Origin: Pecten maximus
Taxonomy: Eukaryota
DNA length: 64,000 bases
NCBI RefSeq assembly: GCF_902652985.1
Contig: NC_047015.1
Coordinates: 53,134,001 to 53,198,000 of the forward strand
Reading direction: 5' to 3'
A program made the translations under genes and the position numbers. Shown here piece after piece: positions 26,987 to 39,203 of the stretch. Numbering within the stretch: the stretch's first letter is position 1; the number at the start of each line of letters is the position of its first letter. The notes below the pieces were generated by a model, which was not told where the DNA came from, did no database searches, and saw only the letters and a list, made by a program, of their open reading frames with translations.

Positions 26987-28341
26987 CATTCAAAAATCTA
27001 ATTTTAAAATAATGCAACGCTAAAATTAAATACTAAATACATCCAGACCACGTGAATTACAGTTGATTGCCAATGAAAAATTATAGATTTCGAAGTCCAA
27101 GGGTTCCTTACCGATACAATTACCCTAATATATCATTATAGAGACCGGAACAATTGGATTTCGATGAAGAAACAAAGTCGTTGAGTGTTGGTTTTGACAA
27201 ACTTTTCGAGTGTTTAATTTACTTTTAGGTGCTAGACAGGGAGTCATGTTTATTGTGTACAATTTATTTCGATTCTCAATAATGTTAGTATAAATTGTTG
27301 TCATTTCACCCCTCTAATTTTTTTTAAATTTATTTTTTATTTTTCGGGGTATTTTTTTGCGACATAATGAAATAACGATAGGTAAGATAGCAACCCTAAC
27401 TGGTAGGCTTTTTGGCTTGCTTTGCAAACGACAGTGCTTGAATATTGCGCCAAATGTATATTTAGATAAGTGAAAACTGGTGTATTTCTATGAAATTATT
27501 TAGTATATAACCGAAATACAAGGGTTCCACAAATATACCTTACGAAGACAATTACATCTACGAGTTATACATACTGTGAGTACGATGTCATGCAGTGATT
27601 TCGTCATTCTATGTTTCTTCACAACGTTGAACCAGGAAGATTCTGGAACACAATAACGATCAAATCTTAAGTTATACAATGAACTGTGATATGTGTATCA
27701 TCGAAGAAAAACATTGAGAATTTCCATTATGGATCTTTATGAGATACTCAAATCGCATGCAGAAACTTATTGATAAAAGACAGGGTAAATAAAACCACAC
27801 ATACCATTTTCAGCTTTGGAGTAATCTTTCTTGTAGAAGAGGTTGTGCCATATTTTGTTTCGGATGTCACTTTTCTTTCTCAGCTCGACCTCCTCTTCCT
27901 GGGTCGGGGAACTGGTCCAGCCGTGAGACGATCTGGATTCTGTTGTAATCCATAACATACTTTGTTATGATCAGTATGTTGATGTAAATAATGAAATCTT
28001 GTTTGAATAGCAATTATTGTTATTTTTTTTAAATCGAATGAATAGACATTATTCTGACACAGGCCCCTGAGTAAATATATTTCTGTTTGGGATTCGTTAA
28101 ATATTAGAAGAATATGTCCGCCCTTAATAACACCTGTTTCCTTGTAAATTATTAATCTATATTTATATTTACAAACAAAATTCTTTGTGACTGGAAGAAT
28201 CACTTCAACATTTAGATAGGAAATGATATATGCTAGGAAATGATTATCAAAATGTTGAATGAACCACTGACAGTAGAGGATATTTCTAGTTAAATATGAC
28301 ATATTGATGAACTCGACATATCTATTATAAGTATAACTTAC

Positions 28342-30047
28342 TTGGTAATTCTGGAAGATATCTTGACCACGCGGGGGTCATCATGTCGTCTCTAGTGGCC
28401 GGAGAATGAGGGACAATAGAACCTAAAAACAGTATAAAATATAAATTGTACCTTGTAATACACACGGATTTTTTTCTGTAGAACAGTAAATTTTTGTTTT
28501 TGTGGGTATTTTTGTTTATTTATTTGTTTTGGTGGTGGGTTTTTTTCCGGAAAGACCCGATCGACTTAAGTATTCCAGATTCCAAGCCTCAACAATTTGG
28601 CCATTTCCGACAAATTACGGACCTTGAAGAAATCGACCGAATTGTTGCAACTGAGCAATTCCCTTATCGAAAAAAAAAATTCTACTTACTGTGTTTGAAG
28701 CCTTCCTGTGGGTTTGGTGCAATCGGCTTCAATTTGATGTAGCATGCTCTTTCCAAGTGAGCTTCAATTAATAGAAGATAATAAAAACCATCAAAGCGGT
28801 ATACAGGATGTACGTTTCCATTATTTGAAACTAAATCCAAAAGAAGTAAAATTAAAATATCATTTCATATGATCATATTTAAAAAAAAAAAAAAAAAAGA
28901 GAGATGCTTTGAAAAGAGGTCAGCATGTTAGTTGAAAAGTGTACCACAGCGGAACCTGGGAAATCAGGATCAAATATTCCATACCAACAAAGTCCCACTG
29001 TAAATATTCATAACGATTGGATCCTGGATTTAAATTCTTACCTGGGAAAAACGGAAGGTATCTTGTCCATTCTAAGGTCATCAGGTCATTTCTAGTGGCC
29101 GGAGGAGGTTGGACAACGTCTCCTGGAGATCAAATCAATCAACATTACAATGAACATGTATATTGTGTATACATGTATGTATAGTTTTAATTTAAAACTC
29201 TCTTGTTCAAGACATACACATCAAAATAAGGTGTTTTAGTGCATATTACGATAAGGTAGGATATGCCCTTAAGTCAAACTTACCGTGATTATCACCGGTC
29301 TGTGGATTTGGAGCGATATGTTTCAGATGGACATATCTCAATCTCTCCAGAAATTCAGCTGAAAATAAACACAACAATCATTATGAAATACAGCATTATC
29401 ATCAAGTTGGAGAAAAAAACTCGACAAAACGTTTACTCGGTTAGGGAACCTCGCTCTGAACCAATGGTGAATCAAGTGGGAGGGGCGGGTTGAGGGGACG
29501 GAGTTACCATAGCATCCGCCCCTATCCCGCCCTTATCATAATTCCCATCCACCCTTATTACTATCATTTTTTTAATTTTTTTTAATATTTTTTTTTTCAT
29601 CCAAATAATTGATATACATATATATAATATCAATGTGTGTTCTGCAATTGCCGAACCAGCGTTTACATCTTATAACTTTCCACGCCATTGCGAACATTAA
29701 CCAGAGCATCATTTATCTGACATACCCGTGTAGATTCTGACTGTTGTAATCCTGGTGATGGTATCCTGATAACTCCGGAGATGTTCGTTGACTTTCTCTC
29801 TAGATTTAGGAGTGTCGATTTCTGTAGATTTGTTCAGTTCTGTGTTAATGTCAAAGTCTGCAACGGAAAAATGATGTCAATTGCTTTTCTAAATTTGGAA
29901 AACATTTTTACAAAACTCACCTATTATGCAATATGGATCATCCATTCAAGGAACAAATAATTCGTGCCAAGTTAAGCCCTTATACACTAATAAAAACTAG
30001 TAAAGTTAGTTCATATACATAAAAAGATATATACACTCACCTTCCAT
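28342..30047 (-). CDS. Uncharacterised small protein with an internal ~51-aa repeat (3' end unresolved)
   Basis: Exons 30047-30041 (ATG GAA G|gtgagt), 29857-29726, 29358-29284, 29122-29042, 28761-28690 and 28422-28342, all AG/GT, phase 1-1 and stop-free. Exon pairs 3+4 and 5+6 are homologous (LERxxYxxLKxIAPNPQxG; PATRxDxMTxxWxRYLP). Confidence 0.7.
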
Positions 30048-30683
30048 ATTTGGTAAAGATAGTTGAATTTGTTAATTTTGCTGTAGAGAACTACTTGGTA
30101 AACACCGCATGCAAATAGCGTGAAACAAGAATCTGGTGGTGAAGCACAGTGATACTGACGTAACAATAGCACTGAATCTATGACGTCATAATTGGTAACC
30201 AGTGCTGCTATGTAGCCTAAACAAGGGAAGTAACTGAGGACGATACCAGTCTGCAAAAAGAACTACACAGAGTTATGCCCCTTTACTGAACGAGCGATAA
30301 CGTGTTCTAGGGAAAGGCATGACGATATAACACGCTATATTTGAAAAAAATTTGATTTCCGTGTGTTTAACTATAAATTATTTATTTTGCCGCGAACATT
30401 TACATCGTCGAAAAGCAATACTGCGTTATTAGCTGTATATGAGACTAAGCTTCATCTTACCACCGACAACCCTCACCCGGAGTCCTCAGGCCACTCGGAT
30501 TTTACCGACATTCTCTCTCCTTTTAGCAGTTTGTTAGATAAAGTTCCGAACGCTTAGAGAGACACAATGGTAAAGTCCATTTTCAGGTTGGCGTCGTGTA
30601 AGAAACTTTCTCCATTCTTTAAAACACTAGAGAAGACTCCAGACAACCAGTCCTTTGGTAGGATCCAAGTTCTTAGTGAGTAC

Positions 30684-30783
30684 ACTGGAGAATGGTGATG
30701 AGGCTCGGCGCGGTGTTGTCTTTACGACTGTGTCTGGGATCACATCCGGGCCACTTCCTGTGGTGGCGCTCAGGTCTCTTAAT
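30684..30783. repeat. ~100-bp segment duplicated at 35289-35387
   Basis: ctggagaatggtgatgaggctcggcgcggtgttgtctttacgactgtg is identical in both. The minus strand reads LLRDLSATT…TVVKTTPRRASSPFSS. Confidence 0.8.
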
Positions 30784-31497
30784 AGCTGCGATAACGTAGC
30801 TCTGGACGACGGACGGACAATTTCTGACAGATGGTCGTCGTCAGAGCTACGATTCCCTCCCATTGCTCGTAATGTAGCAAAACAGTGAACTTCGAAAATG
30901 CTACAAATAGCGGATATCGTATAACTTTGGAGTAATAGTTCGTATAATTAAACATTTTTAATACAATTTTGCAATGTATTAGCCTACCGTCTAATCTAGA
31001 AATCTTTAATTCGCATATTCTGATATCATACTGCTCGGAGTTGTCTCCGTGATCCGCCATGATACTTCTCGAAGAACTCTCGCGAGGATTCTAACCCAAA
31101 TATGGAACCCGTGATCCATATATGGATGAAGCTACTACGATAAATAAATACATAATCAGAGATATTAACCACTCTTTTGTAACTCTTGTGAAGAAAGCGA
31201 ATCTTACTTTGCGTAATTAAATAATTTCAGAATGAATTGACCTTCCTTACCGAGATATATTACTCCGAATCTGTTTTTCTGTTGAAATCTCGCGGGAAAC
31301 CTCATTAGCATCAATTTATTTTGATATCCTTATAAGGAAATTGACCTTTACACTTGTATTTGATTTAAACATATTTTATTGTATCTTAATATATACATGG
31401 GAATTGGGCACAAGTTATCAAACTTATATTAAGCCCTTTCCCTATATAATTTTACATACATATAATACATTTATTTTACAAGATGACATATATTTAC

Positions 31498-31501
<4 letters not shown>

Positions 31502-31580
<79 letters not shown>
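31502..31580. repeat. (GA)n microsatellite in the LINE 3' UTR
   Basis: Pure GA run. Confidence 0.97.
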
Positions 31581-31582
<2 letters not shown>

Positions 31583-31673
31583 TGTGTTATAATGAAGATA
31601 TAATTAAAAAAAAAATCATTATGACTATAGATTATCAAATGAATAAACAATTCAAGTAAACTATTCCAATAAA

Positions 31674-31831
31674 CTATTCCGATGCCGATAGCAGAAGTTC
31701 ACACTATTCACTTTTCAAAACACTCTGCTGTTTCTAAAGTTCATCACATCCTGTGCCATGGTTAGCTCTCTCCGTTCGCTTCCTATGCCTCCTGGAAATT
31801 CAATTCTCTTTTGCCATCGGCATCGGAATAG
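31674..31831. mobile_element. Small TIR element inside the LINE 3' UTR
   Basis: ctattccgatgccgatagcagaag … cttttgccatcggcatcggaatag. Confidence 0.7.
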
Positions 31832-31884
31832 ATATGATAAGCACACATAAATTTACACAGATATATTTAGAAAGATAAGGGGAA

Positions 31885-34800
31885 TTAAAATCTATACGAA
31901 TCAAGAATGTACTTCTGAGTGTTTTTACATATTGTAACATTATCCTCTATGGATAAATCACTGCTTCCATACAGTAATAGCTGCAGATCTAGCGGTATGA
32001 AATTGTTCAGATTTCGGTACAATTCGATTCTCTGTTCAACATAATTATTACAGACGAAGAAGAAATGATATGTATCCTCAATAGGATGACCACATTGACA
32101 GTAACTATAATCAATCAGATGAGATCGGAAAAGATCATTATTTAAAGTACTACAACTATTTCTTAATCTTGCATGCAATATATTAGATTTTCTATTTCCA
32201 ACAGAGTAATAATAAGGGACTTTTGATATATTAGTGATAGACTTTTTAAAAACTAAGTATGAGTTACTTTGCCTAGTTTCTAAATCTAATTGGTTCCAAA
32301 GTCGAATAGTAGCCGGGAAAAACGAAATATTGGTCAAATGAAGTCGGAAATTTGGTAAAGAGTAGTTATTGGCGTCTCGGAGGTTATAGTGAGAGTTTTC
32401 AGATACTAAAGGAGGAAGTAGAGTGGATAAATAATTTGGTGTTAGGTGATTTGTGACTTTATAGAAAAGTTGCAGTTTTCTCCTAGTACGACGAGTAGCA
32501 AGTGGTTCTAAACCACTTTCAGAATATAACGAAAGTCTGCTAGCAAAAGATGGTAATCCAGTAATTATTCTTGCTATTTCTAAGTTAAGTTTTTCCAATT
32601 TGTCTGCATCACCGAGAGAACAACCGTCCCAAACCTCACAACAGTATTCAAATAATGGCAGAATATAAGACTTGTAAATTTTAATTAAAGTTTGTCTGTT
32701 TAAAAGATATTTGAGCTTTCGGAGGATACTTACCTGTTTTGATACCTTTTTACAAATGTTGTCAATATGAGTGGACCATCTGCAATTTGCATCTAAAGTA
32801 ACTCCTAGGTGTTTATGGTTATCAACAAATTCTACATCCACATTATTAAAGCTTATATCTACAACATGTTCGTGTTCATTGTTTGATATAAGTAAAGCTT
32901 CCGTTTTCAGAGGGTTGAATTTCACCAGCCATATTTCTGCCCAATTTTGAATTTTAACTAAGTCATTATTTATTTTCGTTTCAATTTCCAAGAGCGATCG
33001 ACCAGAACATAATAAGGAGGTATCATCAGCAAATAATTTAGAAAGACTTTCAAGGTTATCTGATATGTCATTTATATATAGGATAAAAAGAAGAGGACCC
33101 AATACTGACCCTTGCGGAACGCCAGCATTAGTAGTTCTGACGGAAGATTTACGAATTCCTACGAAAACTTGTTGTTTCCGGTTTCTGATATAATTATTTA
33201 ACCATTTTAAAAGTTTTCCGTTTATTCCATAATTAGCTAATTTTATATTTAGTCCCTTGTGCCACACACGATCGAACGCTTTGGAGATATCACAAAAAAC
33301 TAGACACGTTGGTTGCTTTTTTTCCAAATTTTCACAAACAGTATGATACATTTCTACCATTTGATGAACGGTAGAGTGACCAGGTTGGAAACCTGACTGG
33401 TATTTATATATAAGTGAGTTTTCAAGTAAATAATTATTCAAAAATTTCACAACTAAGCGTTCAAAAACTTTACCAATAGTACTGAGTAATGATATAGGTC
33501 TATAATTTGAAGAAACATGTTTATCCCCATTCTTAAATAATGGCATAACTATTGCTAATTTCCAATGTTCTGGAAAGACACCAGTATCCAACGAGTATCT
33601 AAAAATTAATGATAAAGGATAAGCTACAGATACTGCAGTATTTTTTAACATACTGTGACTAATCCCATCATGGCCTACAGCTTTGTATATAGATAAAGAT
33701 TTAAGTATGTCGATTATGTCATTGAGTTCAAATTGTATGTCTGATATAGTAGCGTCCGTCCTAAGTTCGACCCCTGGCTCGTCGATGTTTGTATCGTCAA
33801 TAGTAGAAATGGAAACAAAGTAATCATTTAGTATATTAGCTTTATCTACATCTGTCATTACAAGATCTCCGTTATTATTTACAAGGGGTGGTATAGTATT
33901 AACAGTTTCAGTAGATTTTATTAATCTGCGGACAACTTTCCAAAAATTTCTAGGATTCGAATCAGAAAAACGGTCTAAAATACCATTTATGTCCGCATAG
34001 AACTGTTCTTTTATGTGCTTTTTTAGATTATTAACGTGATTACGTTCTCTCCGAAAATTCGTCAAGTTTCTTATAGAGCGATTAGATTTAAAAAAATTTA
34101 AAAGTCTGTCTCTTTTCCTTATTTCACGTCGAAGGTCAGAATTAAACCAAGGCTTGTCATTAGGTCGTATTGTAACAGTTTTCGTAGGAATGCACTCCTC
34201 AGCTATGTCCAAATATTTTTCTGTAAACTTAACACACGTCATCTGGGGAGTGCGAGGTAGAGAATAAATCAACCCAGTCTGTATCGTCAAGTTTACTATT
34301 AAAAAGTTCGTAATTAGCTTCATTGTAACATCTTATGGTTCGTTTAAACGTCCTGGTAATTACTGTGCCTACAGTCAGTTCTACAGTCGTCGCTTTATGG
34401 TCAGATACCTCATCGCCAATGTCAATTACGTCAGAAAAGTTAGAAGTACACGTGTCGGAGAGTAAAATGGGGTCAAGTAAGGTAGAGCTCGTGCGTCCTA
34501 TGCGTGTCGGTTTGTCGATTACATTTGTTAGGTGAAAGGTGTGGATAATATCATACACAACGTGCGTGTTTCCTACAGTTAAAAGATCAACATTTATATC
34601 ACCAACTAATACTATATTTGGGGTTTCCTGAATAGCAGTGTCTATAGAATTCTGTAGATGATTCCAAAAGGATTGTGCGATGTTAGGAGGCCTATACAGA
34701 GTACACAGAAGATATTTTTTATATGGAAAATTTATCTCCGTCCAAATAACCTCACCCACCTGAAATTCTAAGTCAACTCTACGACGGGTGCACAAGAGAC

Positions 34801-34990
34801 TGGATGTAAATACTGCTATCCCCCCTCCCGGGGTTCCCCGGTCCTTGCGGTATAACTCGTAACCACCCAGGAGTATATCAGCGTCAGAAATAGAAGGATC
34901 AAGGTGAGTCTCGGTGACGCAAACAATATCATAATCAGAAGCCAAATTTTCTAAATGTGATAACTTATTTCTTAGACTACGAATATTCAA
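31885..34990 (-). CDS. LINE ORF2 (apurinic endonuclease + reverse transcriptase + C-terminal CCHC), one frameshift at ~34232
   Basis: EN motifs NIRSL, VTETHL, GDIN, LLDPI, SDH; RT motifs NYRPISLL, DISKAFD, GVPQGSVLGP, LFADD, HLG; CQCGHPIEDTYHFFFVC. A 2-nt slip in gtgtgt separates the two ORFs. Confidence 0.92.
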
Positions 34991-36473
34991 GTTACACTTG
35001 TATTAAAGATGGCGGTATGTTTGAACTGATATCTCCGTGTGTCTTGCTCGCTTTGGATTTTACTATTTATTGTCAAACAGTTGAAGTAATGTGCAGGTTT
35101 GTGGCTTGAATATTCATAATAGATGCCAGAATCATCGATTTACATGTGTTTTTTATCCGAGAAAAATTTTACCACTGCTAATACTGCCCGATGTGAATCG
35201 CATCGGGGCTTGCTACACTATCGGCAATGGGAGGGACTTCATACCCTGCCGGAGAGCAGTGTAGGCAGGGTATGAATATTCGTACTAACTGGAGAATGGT
35301 GATGAGGCTCGGCGCGGTGTTGTCTTTACGACTGTGCCTGGGATCGTTTCCGGGTCACAACATGTGGTGGCGCTCAGGTCTCTTAACAGTTTAGCTGTCC
35401 CTAAATGTGGCTCTCGATGTCCTTCAATGGACGATGTTTGGGAGCAGGAGGTTATCACAGTGGTGTGGATATCCTTTTTGTTAATAGTGAGCGATAATAC
35501 AGCAGCACGGTGTCCGCTTTATCAATATACTGAAAGGAAAAAGTAATGCAATTTAGATATTGTCCCTTTTACGAGAAATAATTTTTTTTATAGAATGTAA
35601 TAATGATGTAATTGAAAGATAGGGAAACAGTCTGTCGTCTGGGAATGTTTACCGATCTAGTTTTGATTTATGATATTTTATTTGCATATATGAAGCGGAA
35701 CAGGAGTGTGTTTACATGAGTACTGATAAATTGCTGACACGACAGATTTAACAATAACTGAATGAAATTATTTACATCAAAGCGGTTACACGTATACACC
35801 GACGCATCAGAAATAAACAAATACACTAGAGTTCTCAAGAGTTTACTCTGATCCATATTCAAACGCCTCCGTCGATCAGGAACGGTCAAAGGGAGATAAC
35901 TCGTTGACATTATCCACAATTTCGATGTATATAAAAATCATTGTGAAGTTTGACACTGTGAGAGGATTTTGTAAAGAACACATTGTCAGAGATAAAAATT
36001 GTTTTATGTATGAGCCAGGAATGAGGTTTTATCAAAAAGTAAAGTAGGGAACTAAACTATAGCAACTAACCGTTATACATATCTGTGATGTAAATGTCTG
36101 GCACACATTGTAAAATATTATAATAGTGTTTTAAATCTCAATTTTCTGTAGGCTCCAAGCAACCATCCGTCTCTCAGAAAAGTCAGCGATATTCGACCAA
36201 ATACGATTCGATTTAGATATATTTCATACGAAAATGTTAGCAAATTATTTCTGGACAAGAAATTAAAATTTCTTAGGTAGGTAACATTTAAAAAAAGAAA
36301 TTAGTATACATGTTGTATAATTTTATAACGAAAATTACACAGCTTGCCTCAATGGCATTACCTGATTATTACCAATCTAGAATTGGTTTCATTTGACGCT
36401 TTCCGTACACGAGTATTCAACATTTAATATCTATATTGATATTGCCTTTCATTCTGTAACTTGGGGAGATCGA

Positions 36474-36560
36474 TACACAGGCAAAATTCCTTCACGTGAA
36501 ATTCACAGGAAATATTCCACGTGAAATTCGAATTTCACTTGAGGGAATTTTGCCTATGTA
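36474..36560. mobile_element. Mini fold-back element
   Basis: tacacaggcaaaattccttcacgtgaaattc … gaatttcacttgagggaattttgcctatgta. Confidence 0.6.
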
Positions 36561-39203
36561 CCGAGAATTCTGATTTATTCATCCGTAATCAACTCAACTC
36601 GCCAAAATATTGCCGTAAAAAATGAGTTATCGGTTACGAACTTAACGATTTTCATTTGCTTTAAGTGAGAACATTTAGTAAATTTTCTATAATGGGAGGG
36701 ACAACCAGGGAGAAATCGACGAGTTTTGGTAAAACTTGGGTGTGAAATGGTTTTAATCTTTATGGAAACTTAATTCCCCTTTAATAGCAAATTGATACAA
36801 TATTGAATATTTGCTTAAATTGTTTTTACCTGGAGTAGCGATTCCATTTAAGAATAATTCATGGAAAGTTGAGGCAAACAAATATGGAGATTATAGATAT
36901 GGAGAGTATTCATTATTCAAGCGCATCTGAAAAAGATTTAACAAATCTTGAAACTGAGGGATTTGTATTTGTGAAAGGGCCGAAATATTAAGGTACGGAC
37001 CGTTAAAGCGACATGATAAGATAACGAAAACTTGGAGTCGCTGTTTAGTATCCTGACATTTAGATATAGCCAAAGGTTTCGATAATTTGATATGATATAT
37101 GATATATATGTATATTGTTTGGTTGTATAAAAATGGTATCCATTATGATCATATGATGCTATTTCTCAATTTATAAAACATGTAATGTGGAAAGGGCGTT
37201 AGTAATGTTGTAATAATTTGTGTTTAATCCTTTATGCGTTTGAAGTAAATAAAATGTTTAAAAATAAACAAAACAAAACAAAAAACAAAAAACCCACTAT
37301 AATCACCGTTCGCTCGCTACGAAAAAACGGCCTAAATATTGCCTCGAGGGCAAGGAGCAATCTCGCGGGTTGTCGTTTGTTTCGCTCCACAAAGCGAAGG
37401 AACGAGAATTAGAACAAATAATAATCGGGACTAAATGTCAGACAGGTAAAACGGGATAGTTTGCTATAAATTTCTTAATATTTTTCAACCTTTATAACCC
37501 CAATAAACATTCGAAGTCTAATGTAATGCAAAACTAATTAATAAAATTTGTTAAAACATGTAAAAATAAGATACACTCATATTCCATATTTGGTATAGAT
37601 AGTTGAATTTGTTATTTTCGCTGTAGAGTACTACTTGACAAACACGCCGATAAAACTGGTATAACAAGAATTATACTGGATTACCTGCCTTAGTACCATT
37701 TCTCTCCGCTAGGCGGCGTTTATGAATATTCGTGCAATTTTCGAAGCGAAGCCTGGTATGGCCATCTTCGCTAGCCAAGGCTTCTGATTACGTTACACTC
37801 CACGAACCCTTGGCAGATATAGGCGTCAGTTCTGGCCCTCTAGCGGTGATTCGAAATTACCACCCTTCACGCATGAAATTTTCGACCAATCAAAACAAGC
37901 GTTACCGATTTACTTCATCGGTGATGTTTACAAACACACATCGAGGTTTGGTGTCATTTCGATGAGATATGTGATCAATGACTTATATGAATTGGTCAAA
38001 CACTGCGAATGTTCCCCCAAAGATTGTGATTTTTGTATTTAGGTAAAATGCCATGACATAGTCGGCAATGTAGCTCTGTACTGGGTGCCGCATTTTTTGT
38101 TTACTGCGAAACCAAGCCAGAATGTAAAACGCGATTTGATTGGGTGCCTAAGCAATATTCGATTACTGCCTAGGCAAAAATATTTAATTATGACATCCTT
38201 CCCGCGCCATAGCCTGGCGGATAGTACAGCAAGAATGTTGTTGTGGGACTTCGATATCGTAAAAATAGCACGACATCTATGACTTCATGATTGGTTAATG
38301 AGAAGATGACGTCAAAAAGCTTGATGAAATCCAAGGGAGAAAAGTATAAATCTTCAATGATCTCGGCTTCCATTTGGCACGTTCAGTCGCCCTCCTTGCT
38401 CCCCTTCCTTGTTCATTACTCCTCCTCCTCATCTTTAAAACCTCCTTATTCTGAACATTTGAAGTACTTTGGTCTTTAAGAAACCAATGTGATATTCACG
38501 TGCAAAATATATGTCAAGTTTTGCATGGAAACAGCTTACTGTAAGAAATTGTGTGAAAGAAAAACTTAGCGTAGAAGCTTGTGCTTAGTGTTAGAGTTTA
38601 TGTGAGAGGAAAACTCACTTAAAGAGATTGTGTTAAAGAGAAACTCGGCGTAAGAGTTTGCGTGAAGGAAAAATTCAGTGTAAGAGTTTATGTTAAAGAA
38701 GTTTTTTTTTTTTAGATTTTCAATATGAAAGGAATATGTAACTTTTATTAATTCAATTTTCACAAGAGACATATTCAGTGGATGAGTTTTGAATAAAACA
38801 GAAATTCTGTCGTAAAAGTTTTCTTTGTATTAAATCGAATTCAAATATTGGGAATTTTCTTTGAGACAGAAATTCACTGTAATATTTTCAAAACGAAAAA
38901 GACTCCCATGTATTAAAACGTAGAAGTGACATGTTGTAGATGCTGGTATACGGATGGTATTACAACAAAACAAACAAACAACAAAGTAAACAAACAAACA
39001 AACAAAACATCTTTGCTGCAGAAGTCTTTATTCTGAACCTTATCAAATACAATACTCGTCAGAAGTAATGTTCGACTAAAAAAAAAAGTTTGGTAGCAAT
39101 TACTTCCGTGTCATTTGAATTGTATTTAAGAATTGAGGGGAAATATTGTTGGTCTTTATTTTACTTTATGATAATTAACGGTCAGTGTAAACAAAAAAAG
39201 AAT

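Larger units (their letters stand above)
31361..34991 (-). mobile_element. 5'-truncated CR1/L2-group non-LTR retrotransposon (LINE)
   Basis: 13-bp TSD ttacacttgtatt at 31348-31360 and 34992-35004; APE endonuclease and RT; 3' UTR with (TC)n, a terminal stem-loop at ~31398-31442 and an aataaa…tcaaa end. Confidence 0.93.
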
